64,000 nt of DNA, taken from assembly GCA_963715195.1 (NCBI GenBank), contig CAVQRT010000008.1, positions 32,001 to 96,000 of the forward strand, written 5' to 3'. Below are positions 18,543-28,541 of this stretch, piece by piece; position 1 is the first letter of the stretch, and each line of letters opens with the position of its first letter. The notes under the pieces are model-generated. The model saw nothing but the letters and a program-made list of their open reading frames with translations. It did no database searches and had not been told where the DNA came from. The position numbers and the translations under genes are program-made. This stretch comes from Thermodesulfovibrionales bacterium. GTDB lineage: Bacteria > Nitrospirota > Thermodesulfovibrionia > Thermodesulfovibrionales > SM23-35.

Positions 18543-19450
18543 GTCCTGCTGCCTGAAGATATTGTTTTTCTTTTATTAAAGAGCAAGAGTATCTCTCCCA
18601 ACACACATCCGATATGCCCGGCAACCACTGCACACTTTGCCCTGAGCATAAAAAAGACCGGCTTCTTCGCCTCTGACAATGTCTCAAAATTCCCCTGACC
18701 TTTGCTGATGATAATATCGGATGCCTTATACAGTTTCAGAAATTCTTTTGAGCATAACGATAATATTGTCCCCGGTGCATCAGACCCGGAAGATACAACA
18801 GCTGCTATGTTGTGAATCCCGCACTGATATGCATCTTCCAAGAGGGCATCGTTAATGATGGGTGATTCTTTGACTGCATACGTGATTTGTTTGCGCGCAT
18901 CTTTTCGCCGAATCTCTTCGATCAGGATTCTGTCGAATACCGTCTCACCCGCGTTGTCTGCCAGATAGAGAATATTTTTTGCTTTTTCTACCATGTCTGT
19001 AAAATCATGATAATGAATAAAGGCATGGTTTCCTTTGCCAAAACTCTTTTGTTCGGTATGCAAAATCTTTTTCAGCTCTTCCTTTATATCCAGAGAGTTC
19101 CTTACCCCATAATCAATGATATTCCCGGCAATCGCCAGTTCAACGGCTTTGTGCAAGCGATCCTCTGATGCTGATACCCTTCTGCAGAGTTCAGGATACA
19201 TTCTGAGAGCAAGTCTGTTCCCGCGTATTTTCATTTGTTGATATGGATCGTTCTGCCCTGTTGCTTTTCTCACAATTCCGTATACAGTCCGGGCTATTTC
19301 AGGAGGTGTAGCTTTCAGTGATAACGCGGGCAGTGTTTTTGCGACTTCGTGTAAAACTTTCCTCTGAATTGCCGGCCCTGCACCGGAAATCCGGGCGGTT
19401 TCAAGTGCTTGTCTGAAAAAACAGGGAATGCAGTCCAAATATGTTCTCAT
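18539..19450 (-). CDS. DUF89/ARMT1-like damage-control metal-dependent phosphatase
   Basis: DCIPC, AIAGNIIDYG, YLADNAGE, PIINDA, SKGQGNFETL, KC. Confidence 0.9.
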   Translation of the reverse strand: MRTYLDCIPCFFRQALETARISGAGPAIQRKVLHEVAKTLPALSLKATPPEIARTVYGIVRKATGQNDPYQQMKIRGNRLALRMYPELCRRVSASEDRLHKAVELAIAGNIIDYGVRNSLDIKEELKKILHTEQKSFGKGNHAFIHYHDFTDMVEKAKNILYLADNAGETVFDRILIEEIRRKDARKQITYAVKESPIINDALLEDAYQCGIHNIAAVVSSGSDAPGTILSLCSKEFLKLYKASDIIISKGQGNFETLSEAKKPVFFMLRAKCAVVAGHIGCVLGEILLLFNKRKTISSGSRT

Positions 19451-19537
19451 ACATTAGAGGTATTTATTTTTTGGATTATAAGATAGCATGAAAAGAAAGA
19501 AAATAGCTTTCTGGGGCAGGAACCTGGGGCGGAAACC

Positions 19538-19634
19538 TTGACATTGACTCTCAGCTTTTGTTATGTTTTATACAACAAGGCCACGAAGGCTGAAAAAAGA
19601 CCAGGAGGTCTGATAGCTTTCGCGGCTTTTTTTT
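19538..19634 (+). promoter_or_regulatory. Promoter followed by terminator-like leader hairpin upstream of Ni/Co uptake operon
   Basis: TTGACA (19538)-18 nt-TATGTT; AAGGCCACGAAGGCT pairs with AGCTTTCGCGGCTTT (14/15 counting G-U), inner AGACC-AGGA-GGTCT hairpin, poly-T tail. Confidence 0.65.
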
Positions 19635-19729
19635 GTTTGCCGCGGGGAAGGGGGTCCCTGTCCAAGAAATACCATATTACAAATTACTCATAAGTATCTG
19701 TCCATAAAGTGCGGTTTTTTGAAAAGTCT

Positions 19730-19822
19730 GTCATTCCCGCCCCCGTCTTCACGAGGGTAAACTCCGGCGGGAATCCATTGATTTCAATATATTATGGATC
19801 CCCGGGTCAAGCCGGAGGATGA
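19730..19822. repeat. REP-like palindrome pair (GTCATTCCCGC...GCGGGAATCC / GGATCCCCGGGTCAAGCCGGAGGATGA)
   Basis: Same GTCAT-led hairpin family recurs at ~30785, 47450, 50797, 51172 and 55026. Confidence 0.7.
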
Positions 19823-19877
19823 GGAACAATGAGCTTCTTGGCGGACTTTAATAAGACAATCAAAGGGGGTTAATCTT

Positions 19878-21005
19878 ATGGTAACAGTGATGAAAAAAAT
19901 GGTATCGATTTTCTTTGTCTGTTGTTGCATGATAATCGCAGTTCCGGCACTCGGCCTGTCTTATGATATCAATGAAAAGCTCTCAGTGGAAGGCTTGCTG
20001 ACAGGAGTCTATCAATATGGTGATTTCGATGTTAAGGGGGTGGACGATGCCGACAGAGGGGCTGTCGTCTTTGATCTGGGAGTAAATTTCCATCCCACCG
20101 AGATCGATGAATTCCAAATAACGCTCAGCTATGCTGCCGGCAACGGGCTCAATAGTTTGAACCCTTTTTCACTTGCTCCATATGCAGATGACCTTGAGGA
20201 CGATCTGAAAGACATCAACGGCAGAAACAGGGATTACCTGCTTGAAGCCTGGTACAGACATGCATTCAAGCTCTCAGAGAACATGGAATTGGGACTAACC
20301 GGTGGAATCATCGATGCCACCGCATATATTGACGATAACAACTTTGCGAACTGCGAATGCAGTCAGTTTATGAATGAAGCGTTCGTGAATCACAGAAACG
20401 TAAATCTTCCTTCATACGACCTTGGAGGAGTTATCGAGTTGAACGTTTCCAATTTCTCGATCCGGGCTCTCGCAATGAACACAAAATTTGAATCCGGTGC
20501 AGATGGATTTACAAACTACAATTATTACGCGCTGCAGGCGGGTTACAAACTTGACATTGCTTTGGGAGAAGGGAATTACAGGCTCTACGGGTTTACAACG
20601 AATAAGCGCTTTCAATGCCCTGAAGAAGGGGAAAAAGATAACCTGCTGGGCTTTGGAATATCGGCAGACCAGAAACTGGGCGAGGTGGTTGGTGTCTTTG
20701 TGAGAACCAGCTGGCAGGACGACGAGGCGGTCATCGACCATGATAACATTTACTCCGGCGGAATAAACATTAATGGCAATCTCTGGGGGAGAGAGAACGA
20801 TGAGATAGGAATTGGGTATGCATATCTGAATGGTGCATGCGCCTCGGACATTGACCATTCGGTTGCTTTTGAGACGTATGCTAAATTCATGGTATCGACA
20901 TTCAGTGACGTAACCTTGGATGTACAATACATAGACGATGAGATGAAAAATAATGATGACAGAGATGGGTTCATATACGGTATCAGAATGAATGCATATT
21001 TCTAA
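19878..21005 (+). CDS. Outer-membrane porin (OprB-like beta-barrel), probably for metal uptake
   Basis: Signal peptide, acidic loops, amphipathic strands, C-terminal YGIRMNAYF; first gene of the cbi/nik operon. Confidence 0.75.
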   Translation: MVTVMKKMVSIFFVCCCMIIAVPALGLSYDINEKLSVEGLLTGVYQYGDFDVKGVDDADRGAVVFDLGVNFHPTEIDEFQITLSYAAGNGLNSLNPFSLAPYADDLEDDLKDINGRNRDYLLEAWYRHAFKLSENMELGLTGGIIDATAYIDDNNFANCECSQFMNEAFVNHRNVNLPSYDLGGVIELNVSNFSIRALAMNTKFESGADGFTNYNYYALQAGYKLDIALGEGNYRLYGFTTNKRFQCPEEGEKDNLLGFGISADQKLGEVVGVFVRTSWQDDEAVIDHDNIYSGGININGNLWGRENDEIGIGYAYLNGACASDIDHSVAFETYAKFMVSTFSDVTLDVQYIDDEMKNNDDRDGFIYGIRMNAYF

Positions 21006-21187
21006 ACGGTGTTATTCATGCATGATATATTTACCGGCCCGTTTGTGAACAATGTATTCTGAGGCCTATTAATAATCATAAGGATGAAGCATAATTATAA
21101 AACTCTTTGGCAAAGAGGGGCGGGGGAGATTTTTGAGAATGATGTCTTACTTATGCACTCCTTAGTAAACAAAAGGAGGCAGGAATT

Positions 21188-21961
21188 ATGAAAAAAGGCA
21201 TATTGACCATATTGGCTGGATCGATTTTGACGCTGTTGTTTTTTTCGGTGTCGTGGGCGCACTTTGGGATGATCATTCCCTCAGACGATATCGTTGGAAA
21301 AGAGGATAAGAAGGTGATTACCCTCACCATCAAATTTATCCATCCCTTTGAGGGCGATTACATGAATATGGAAATGCCGAAGGCATTCGGTGTGATGGTC
21401 GGCGGAGCAAAACAGGACCTCCTGAAGACCCTCCAGAAGAAGGATGTGAAAAAGTTTACCACATGGGGGACCTCTTATCAAATAAAGAGTCCGGGAGATT
21501 ACGCATTTTATGTTGAACCAGCTCCATACTGGGAACCTGCGGAAGAAAGCTTTATTGTTCACTATACGAAAGTGATCGTGAATGCCCTTGGCCTCGAAGA
21601 AGGTTGGGACGAGGAAGTGGGGCTGGAAACAGAGATCGTTCCGCTGACACGTCCCTACGGACTGTGGGCCGGAAACGTATTTCAGGGAGTAGTCAAAGTG
21701 GACGGCAAACCCGTTCCGCATGCAGAAGTGGAGGTTGAGTATTATAATGAAGGCGGCAGGATCAAACCGCCTGCTGAATCATATATCACACAGGTGATTA
21801 AGGCTGATCAAAATGGTGTATTCACTTACGCAATGCCGAAAGCTGGCTGGTGGGGATTTGCCGCACTGAATACCGCCGACTACACATTGGCACACGAAGG
21901 GAAAGAGTATCCCGTTGAAATCGGCGCGGTCCTCTGGGTGAGAACAAGGGATATGAAGTAA
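21188..21961 (+). CDS. DUF4198 periplasmic Ni/Co-binding protein (NikK-like)
   Basis: Signal peptide ending [41 protein letters not shown]. Confidence 0.85.
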   Translation: MKKGILTILAGSILTLLFFSVSWAHFGMIIPSDDIVGKEDKKVITLTIKFIHPFEGDYMNMEMPKAFGVMVGGAKQDLLKTLQKKDVKKFTTWGTSYQIKSPGDYAFYVEPAPYWEPAEESFIVHYTKVIVNALGLEEGWDEEVGLETEIVPLTRPYGLWAGNVFQGVVKVDGKPVPHAEVEVEYYNEGGRIKPPAESYITQVIKADQNGVFTYAMPKAGWWGFAALNTADYTLAHEGKEYPVEIGAVLWVRTRDMK

Positions 21962-21962
21962 T

Positions 21963-22568
21963 ATGCATATTTCTGAAGGAGTATTATCGGCACCCGTGCT
22001 CATCGCGGGTGCCGTTCTGACTGCGGCAGGAGTGGCAGTCGGCCTGAAAAAAATGAGCTATGACCGGATTCCAGAAGTAGCGGTTCTCTCGTCAGCCTTT
22101 TTTGTTGCCTCCCTTATTCATGTGCCGATCGGTCCTTCCGCAGTGCATCTGGTCCTGAACGGCCTGCTCGGTATTCTCCTGGGCTGGATGGCGTTCCCGT
22201 CAATATTAGTAGCTCTTGCGCTTCAGGCGCTCCTGTTTCAGTTCGGCGGAATTACCGTTCTCGGAGTCAACACCATGATTATGGCAGCACCGGCGGTCTT
22301 TGTGTATATCCTTTTCTCACCGCTTCTGAAAAAGCGGAACCTTTCCGTGATTGGCGTAGCCGGATTTTTCGCGGGTTCGACCGGTATAGCTGCCGGTGCC
22401 CTGCTGATTGCAGTCGCACTTGTTTCTACCGGCGAGAGTTTTGCGAATGTGGCAAAAGTTATTGTTATTGCTCATGTGCCCATTATGATTATCGAGGGCA
22501 TCATCACAGCCTTTTGCGTTCTCTTCTTAAAGAGAGTAAAACCAGAGATTCTGGAGGTTAGCAAATGA
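21963..22568 (+). CDS. cbiM: Co/Ni ECF transporter S component
   Basis: MHISEGVLS N-terminus, HLVLNGLLG, LQALLFQFGG.T.LGVN, H.PIMIIEG. Confidence 0.92.
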   Translation: MHISEGVLSAPVLIAGAVLTAAGVAVGLKKMSYDRIPEVAVLSSAFFVASLIHVPIGPSAVHLVLNGLLGILLGWMAFPSILVALALQALLFQFGGITVLGVNTMIMAAPAVFVYILFSPLLKKRNLSVIGVAGFFAGSTGIAAGALLIAVALVSTGESFANVAKVIVIAHVPIMIIEGIITAFCVLFLKRVKPEILEVSK

Positions 22569-23269
22569 ATTATCAAAGTCTCTTGTCTAGTTTTTTTTCT
22601 CTTGTGAAAGGGAAAAGACTATGCTTTTATTCAGTGATTGGCTGTATGTTTTTTCTGTTCGGTCTCTTTCTGCAACCGGCTGACGCCCATAAAGTGAATA
22701 TTTTTGCGTATGCGCAGGGCGGAAAAATTTATGCTGAAGGCTATTTTGTCGATGGTACAAAGTGTAAAAACTCTGTCATTGAGGTCGTTGACGGCAACAC
22801 AGGTGAACAGTTGCTCGAGGGAAAAACCGACGACAACGGACAGATGTCGTTCCCGATTCCACGGGTGACTGCATTAAAACTTATTTTGCACGCGGGGGCG
22901 GGACATCAGAATGATTATATGCTGACGGAAGAGGAAGTCAGGGATGCGATGCCGGCGGTTAAAAAACAGGCGGAAAGGCGAAATGAACAGAAAAAGAAGG
23001 CAGTGCCTGAGCAGAAACAGACAAAGCGCGAGCAGGTAGCAAGGGTTGAGAATACGATATATCCACCAGTTTCGTCTGGGGAGCTTGAGACTGTGGTCGA
23101 GAAGGTTGTTGACAGTAAACTCCAGCCTGTCCTGAAGATACTTTTGGAGCTTCAAGAGAAAAGCGGAAAGCCAGGGGTAACCGAAATTCTGGGTGGTATC
23201 GGATATATAATAGGCATATTGGGTATTATTGCGTATTACAAGGGAAGGAGAACGAACAGCAAACTCTGA
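22565..23269 (+). CDS. Additional ECF component (CbiL/NikL-like)
   Basis: AHKVNIFAY, AG.GH, C-terminal ILGGIGYI.G TM; lies between cbiM and cbiQ. Confidence 0.8.
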   Translation: MNYQSLLSSFFSLVKGKRLCFYSVIGCMFFLFGLFLQPADAHKVNIFAYAQGGKIYAEGYFVDGTKCKNSVIEVVDGNTGEQLLEGKTDDNGQMSFPIPRVTALKLILHAGAGHQNDYMLTEEEVRDAMPAVKKQAERRNEQKKKAVPEQKQTKREQVARVENTIYPPVSSGELETVVEKVVDSKLQPVLKILLELQEKSGKPGVTEILGGIGYIIGILGIIAYYKGRRTNSKL

Positions 23270-23349
23270 CCTGCCTTACTCGTAACTGTTATATCTGATG
23301 GTAGATACTGTATCTTCAGTCTATCAAGTCAATCTATATTTCAAGAACT

Positions 23350-24105
23350 ATGCATCTTGAGGAATTCGCAGAAGGAACATCATTGTTTCACCGTCTTGAC
23401 CCGCGGGTGAAATTCATTACATTCATACCGTATGTTCTTGTCATCGCTGTCATGGAGGGAATTGCCCACCCGGCTCTTGCGCTGATTATTTCCTCATGCA
23501 TGATTGTCATGACGCGGATTGATATGCGTAAATTGTTGAACAGGCTTGCTGCGGTGAATATTTTTATCCTGTTGCTTTGGCTCTTTCTGCCATTCAGCTA
23601 TCCCGGACATGAGGCGTTTCGCATAGGCCCCTTAACAGCAACGCGCGAGGGTCTGCTCTTTTCCCTTACTATTGGGCTTAAGGCAAACGCAATTGTCCTT
23701 GCAACGATTGCCATGCTCGGAACATCAGAAGTATTCTCCCTTGCTCATGCGCTCGTTCACCTGAAAGTGCCGAATAAGCTCGTGCATCTCTTTTTTTTCT
23801 TTTACCGGTATATTAGTGTGCTGCATGATGAGTACACAACGTTAAAGCGGGCGATACATATACGGGCATTCAGACCGGGGACAAACATGCATACCTATAA
23901 AACATATGCGTATCTTGTGGGAATGCTTATTGTGAGGAGTTATGATCATTCTCAGAGGATCTATCAGGCGATGCTCTGCAGGGGCTTCACCGGACGCTTC
24001 CCGATCATCATGCATTTTCATATGCACATGCGGGACTACCTCTTCAGCATCTGCATGTTCTGCATAACAATTGGTATGATAGTGCTTTCATACAACGCGA
24101 AATAA
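23350..24105 (+). CDS. cbiQ: Co/Ni ECF transporter T component
   Basis: HRLDPRVK, YRYI..L..E, AIHIRAF, AMLCRGF. Confidence 0.9.
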   Translation: MHLEEFAEGTSLFHRLDPRVKFITFIPYVLVIAVMEGIAHPALALIISSCMIVMTRIDMRKLLNRLAAVNIFILLLWLFLPFSYPGHEAFRIGPLTATREGLLFSLTIGLKANAIVLATIAMLGTSEVFSLAHALVHLKVPNKLVHLFFFFYRYISVLHDEYTTLKRAIHIRAFRPGTNMHTYKTYAYLVGMLIVRSYDHSQRIYQAMLCRGFTGRFPIIMHFHMHMRDYLFSICMFCITIGMIVLSYNAK

Positions 24106-24109
24106 CTGT

Positions 24110-24757
24110 ATGCTGAATATTCAAGATCTTCATTTCGGATATCAGAACGGGAAAGAGGTTTTCCAGGGGCTCAATTTTACCCTGAACAAGAAGGAGCGGA
24201 TAGGCCTCGTCGGCCCGAATGGCGCTGGAAAGACCACATTGTTTCATCTGATTATGGGGTTGCAAAGGCCCTCATCAGGAAGCATAGAAATATTTGATAA
24301 GATCAGGGAAACTGAGGGTGATTTTGAGGAAGTAAGAAAGCGCATCGGGTTCCTGTTCCAGGAATCGGATGACCAGCTTTTCTGTCCAACGGTTGAGGAG
24401 GATATCGCATTCGGTCCGCTCAATCTCGGGAAATCGCATGATGAAGCCCGTCTGATCGTGAAAGAAACCTGTGAGAAATTAGGATTAAGCGGCTATGAGA
24501 AAAGAATAACCCACCGCCTCTCGGGAGGAGAAAAAAGACTCGTTGCTCTCGCAACAGTAGTAGCAATGCATCCTGAGTGCTATCTCCTCGACGAACCGAC
24601 AGCCGGACTTGATGATGCAACCACGAAGAGGTTTCTGGACTATCTCGCTCATTATACGGACACCTATATCATTATTACGCACAACCATTCCTTGCTTAAA
24701 GATACTGCTGATAAAGTCTATGCGTTGAATAACGGCTCATTGAGGCTTCTGGACTGA
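24110..24757 (+). CDS. cbiO: Co/Ni ECF transporter ATPase
   Basis: GPNGAGKT, QESDDQLFCPTVEEDIAFGP, LSGGEKR, LDEPT. Confidence 0.9.
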   Translation: MLNIQDLHFGYQNGKEVFQGLNFTLNKKERIGLVGPNGAGKTTLFHLIMGLQRPSSGSIEIFDKIRETEGDFEEVRKRIGFLFQESDDQLFCPTVEEDIAFGPLNLGKSHDEARLIVKETCEKLGLSGYEKRITHRLSGGEKRLVALATVVAMHPECYLLDEPTAGLDDATTKRFLDYLAHYTDTYIIITHNHSLLKDTADKVYALNNGSLRLLD

Positions 24758-24792
24758 TAAGCGAAGTGTCATCCCTGCAGTATTCCCCGGCA

Positions 24793-25404
24793 TCAAAACG
24801 GCAATTCAAGTGACATCACCCTGAAGAAACTCTTCCGGTGAATCGGGCAGGGCCCGAAGCGTTGCAGCATATCGAGGTGTTCCTTTGTTGCATATCCCTT
24901 ATGCTTCCCGAAATTATACACAGGATATTGGTCGTGGTACTCCAGCATGATCTTGTCTCTCGTACATTTTGCGATGATCGAAGCAGCAGCTACAGAAGCG
25001 CTTACGCTCTCAGCTTTTACCGGTGAACGCTGCTGTATCGAGACGGACGGGAGGGATAATGCATCGATGATGAGTATATCAGGTATGGCGGAGAGTTTTG
25101 CAAGAGCCATCTCCATAGACTGCCTTGTGGCTCTCAGGATATTCAGCCGGTCGATATCTTCAGGGCCGACAATACCGATGCCTATGGCCTCTGAAGCATC
25201 CTGAATGAGGGAGAAAAGGGATTTTCGCTCATCTTCCGGAACCTTTTTCGAATCCCGCAGACCGGCAATCGTAATGCCTTTCTTCAGCACAACTGCGGCT
25301 GCAACGACAGGACCAGCCAGGGGGCCCCTTCCGGCTTCATCGATACCAGCGACCCGGAGGTATCCCTGCATTCTCAGGGATTGATCATACTGGTAGATGT
25401 CCAT
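24793..25404 (-). CDS. rnhB: Ribonuclease HII
   Basis: GIDEAGRGPLAGPV, DSKK, AAASIIAK, HKGY, HRKSF. Confidence 0.96.
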   Translation of the reverse strand: MDIYQYDQSLRMQGYLRVAGIDEAGRGPLAGPVVAAAVVLKKGITIAGLRDSKKVPEDERKSLFSLIQDASEAIGIGIVGPEDIDRLNILRATRQSMEMALAKLSAIPDILIIDALSLPSVSIQQRSPVKAESVSASVAAASIIAKCTRDKIMLEYHDQYPVYNFGKHKGYATKEHLDMLQRFGPCPIHRKSFFRVMSLELPF

Positions 25405-25434
25405 GGGAAGACACCGTGCTGCTCTTCTGAATGG

Positions 25435-25836
25435 CTATTCGCTCGTTTCGGGAGCGGCTGCCTGAGCTTCGGCAGGTTTTGCAACTAATATCCGTTCCCG
25501 CTCTTTTTCCTTTATTTTCGCTGCCTTACCTTTTTTACCCCTGAGATAGTAGAGCTTCGCCCTCCTGACATCACCCCTTTTGAGAACCTCAATCTTGTCA
25601 ATCGACGGCGAAAAGAGCGGAAAGATTCTCTCGATGCCGATCCCGAATGATATCTTTCGCACGGTAAAGGTCTCCCTTGTGCCCCCTCCGCGCCTGGCAA
25701 TGACCACACCTTCGAAGGGCTGAATCCTCTCCTTGTCACCCTCGATAACCTTGACAGAAACTCTCACTGTATCACCAATCTGAAAGTTTGTCATCTCTTT
25801 TTTAAAACCTTCTTCGACAGCCTGCATCAAACTCAT
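25435..25836 (-). CDS. rplS: 50S ribosomal protein L19
   Basis: [40 protein letters not shown]. Confidence 0.97.
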   Translation of the reverse strand: MSLMQAVEEGFKKEMTNFQIGDTVRVSVKVIEGDKERIQPFEGVVIARRGGGTRETFTVRKISFGIGIERIFPLFSPSIDKIEVLKRGDVRRAKLYYLRGKKGKAAKIKEKERERILVAKPAEAQAAAPETSE

Positions 25837-26570
25837 GCTGATTCCTCCTTTATTTCTCTCATCAACCCCAGGTCCTCTTCACTGAGAGGAGCTTTCTCAA
25901 GAAGCTCAGGTCTCTGCCTTAACGTGCGGAGAAGAGCCTGCTTCCGCCTCCATCGCAGGATATCTTTGTGATTTCCGGATAATAAAATCTCCGGTACTGC
26001 CAGCCCTCTGAACTCAGGGGGCCTTGTATAGTGGGGATAGTCGAGTATTCCCCATGAGAAGGATTCTATTTCGGCAGAATGCTCATCGCCGAGAACACCG
26101 GGTACCAATCTGGCAACGGCATCTATTATAACCAAAGCAGGCAATTCTCCGCCAGTCAGTACATAATCGCCGATCGAAATTTCGTCATCTGTCAGGGCGA
26201 TCCGAACTCTTTCATCGACGGCTTCATATCTTCCGCATAAAAAAACGAGCCGCCTGGTTTCCCGGGAAAGTTCTTCCGCCAGGTGCTGATCAAATTTTCT
26301 GCCCGCCGGACTCAGCATGAGAACTCTACGCTGAGACCTATCAGGACAGATTGCCTCAAGAGCTGAAAAGAACGGCTCCGGTTTCATTACCATGCCGGAA
26401 CCTCCCCCGTAGGGATAGTCATCAACGGTCCTGTGTTTGTCTGCTGTGTATTCCCGCAGATGGTGAATGTCCACCTGAATAAAGCCATTCTGAATAGCCC
26501 TTCTGAGAATCCCCTCACCGAGGTATGCGTGAAAAATATCCGGGAAGATCGTCAGAATGTCACATTTCAT
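25833..26570 (-). CDS. trmD: tRNA (guanine37-N1)-methyltransferase
   Basis: [37 protein letters not shown]. Confidence 0.97.
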   Translation of the reverse strand: MKCDILTIFPDIFHAYLGEGILRRAIQNGFIQVDIHHLREYTADKHRTVDDYPYGGGSGMVMKPEPFFSALEAICPDRSQRRVLMLSPAGRKFDQHLAEELSRETRRLVFLCGRYEAVDERVRIALTDDEISIGDYVLTGGELPALVIIDAVARLVPGVLGDEHSAEIESFSWGILDYPHYTRPPEFRGLAVPEILLSGNHKDILRWRRKQALLRTLRQRPELLEKAPLSEEDLGLMREIKEESA

Positions 26571-26658
26571 TTTTTCATCGGATCTGGTTGCGAACTGGTG
26601 CCAATAATTAAGGGGTACAAGGAATGTCGTGTTTCCTTCTACCCCTTTTTATTTTTAT

Positions 26659-26686
26659 AAAAAGGCGGGACATGCATGCATCCCGC
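26659..26686 (-). terminator. Intrinsic terminator after khpA
   Basis: Minus strand GCGGGAT-GCATGCAT-GTCCCGC followed by C and a T-tract. Confidence 0.65.
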
Positions 26687-26704
26687 GCAAGGAGCACAGT
26701 TACA

Positions 26705-26935
26705 TTATTCCAGAATTTCGAGCACGCAGCGCTTGCCGATTTTTGTCCCTGATGCACTCAGAATCGTTCTCATTGCCCGTGCTGTTTTTCCCTGCTTGCC
26801 GATAACCTTACCAAGATCACTCGGTGCCACTCTCAGCTCAAACACCGTGGTTTTTTCGCCGTCAACCTCTGCAACGTTCACCTCTTCAGGCCTGTCTACC
26901 AAAGCCTTCGCCATCTTTTCTACTAACTCTTTCAT
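26705..26935 (-). CDS. khpA: KH-domain RNA-binding protein (KhpA/YlqC)
   Basis: [28 protein letters not shown]; follows rpsP. Confidence 0.93.
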   Translation of the reverse strand: MKELVEKMAKALVDRPEEVNVAEVDGEKTTVFELRVAPSDLGKVIGKQGKTARAMRTILSASGTKIGKRCVLEILE

Positions 26936-26967
26936 GATTGTCCACCTCCATACGAGTTTTGGACTGC

Positions 26968-27204
26968 TTACATGCCAGCCCTTTGCATAAGCTTTTTAAC
27001 GATAGTGGTAGGTTGTGCTCCTTTTTGGATCCATTGTTTTGCCTTTTCCTGATCGAGCTTCACTTCGGAAGGGTCTTTCAGGGGATCGTATGTCCCGAGT
27101 ATTTCAATAAAGGGCCCGTTCCTTCTTGCCCTCGAATCAGCAACAACAACCCTGTAGAAAGGTCTCTTATGTGCTCCCAACCGTACTAATCTGATTTTGA
27201 CCAA
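26968..27204 (-). CDS. rpsP: 30S ribosomal protein S16
   Basis: VKIRL.R.G...[25 protein letters not shown] start with AAGGAGGTGA SD. Confidence 0.97.
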   Translation of the reverse strand: MVKIRLVRLGAHKRPFYRVVVADSRARRNGPFIEILGTYDPLKDPSEVKLDQEKAKQWIQKGAQPTTIVKKLMQRAGM

Positions 27205-27310
27205 GCCATCACCTCCTTAAAAGTCAATAATTGTAATATATTCCCAGGAATAAAGTAAAGCTCAGCAGGTGTTTGATTTTTAAGGAGAATTTCCGTTATT
27301 ATCAACAGGT

Positions 27311-28510
27311 ATGGATGTCAAAAAAATGTTTGATGAATCAGCCCGCTATCTTATGAATACCTATACAAGGTTCCCCGTACTTCTCAGGAAAGGGCGCGGA
27401 ATGAAGGTATGGAGTTCCGACGGCAAGGAATACCTCGATTTTGTCGGAGGAGTTGCAGTAAACATTCTCGGGCACTGTCATCCCCGTGTCGTGGTCGCAA
27501 TACAGAAACAGGCACAGCGGCTGATTCATGTTTCAAATTATTATCACATAGAGCCTCAGATAAAACTTGCAAAACTGCTCGTTGAAAATTCCTTTGCCGA
27601 TAAAGTCTTCTTCTGCAATTCAGGCGCTGAAGCAATGGAGGCGGCGATCAAACTCGCACGCAAATATGGAAAGGAACACATTGATCCCGGCCGGTTCGAG
27701 ATCATAGCAGCGAACAATTCGTTCCACGGAAGAACAATCGCGGCAATCACGGCTTCCGGTCAGGAAAAACTTCAGAGAGGATTTGAGCCCTTAGTGCCGG
27801 GGTTCAGACACGTTCCCTTCAACAATATACAGGCTCTGCGTGATGCGGTAACCGGGAATACCTGTGCCATCCTGCTCGAACCGATTCAGGGAGAAGGGGG
27901 TGTGAGGATTCCCGAAGAGGATTATCTCAAAGCGGTGAGGGACCTCTGTAATGAGCATAACATCCTGCTTATCCTCGACGAGGTACAAACGGGAATGGGC
28001 AGGACCGGAAAACTCTTTGCGCACGAACATTTCGGGATTACGCCGGATATTATGGCTATGGCGAAAGGTCTCGGCGGCGGTGTTCCAATCGGGGCAATGC
28101 TCGCGACAGACAAAGTGGCCGCCGGATTTCAACCGGGCAACCATGCTTCGACCTTTGGGGGCAACCCTCTTGTCTGCGCGGCTGGCGTGGCAACCCTCGA
28201 GACACTTCTTGAAGACGGATTCATTCTCGATCAATGCAACAGGATGAGCGTATATTTTGTCAAGAGACTCGAAAAGCTGAAGACAAAATTCCCTTCAGTG
28301 GTAAAAGAAATACGGGGGAAAGGTTTGCTGCTCGGCATGGAACTCACGACAGAGGGAGAACCGATAGTACGGGCCTGTCTCGAAAAGGGACTCCTGATAA
28401 ACTGCACTGCCGGGAACGTGCTCAGGTTTATTCCGGCATTGATCGTACAGCGAAAGGATATTGATCAGCTGATCGACGCCCTGCAGGGGATTTTATCGAG
28501 GTTGTCATAG
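27311..28510 (+). CDS. argD: Acetylornithine aminotransferase
   Basis: NSGAEA, SFHGRT, EPIQGEGG, DEVQTGMGRTG, AKGLGGG, STFGGNP; adjacent to argF. Confidence 0.92.
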   Translation: MDVKKMFDESARYLMNTYTRFPVLLRKGRGMKVWSSDGKEYLDFVGGVAVNILGHCHPRVVVAIQKQAQRLIHVSNYYHIEPQIKLAKLLVENSFADKVFFCNSGAEAMEAAIKLARKYGKEHIDPGRFEIIAANNSFHGRTIAAITASGQEKLQRGFEPLVPGFRHVPFNNIQALRDAVTGNTCAILLEPIQGEGGVRIPEEDYLKAVRDLCNEHNILLILDEVQTGMGRTGKLFAHEHFGITPDIMAMAKGLGGGVPIGAMLATDKVAAGFQPGNHASTFGGNPLVCAAGVATLETLLEDGFILDQCNRMSVYFVKRLEKLKTKFPSVVKEIRGKGLLLGMELTTEGEPIVRACLEKGLLINCTAGNVLRFIPALIVQRKDIDQLIDALQGILSRLS

Positions 28511-28541
28511 GGAACTGACCTTCATCAATGCAAAAAAAGCA

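Noticed and set aside
19450..19878. Cobalamin riboswitch or NikR box upstream of the cbi operon
   Set aside because: No B12-box (GGGAA...GCCACTG) or convincing NikR palindrome was found.
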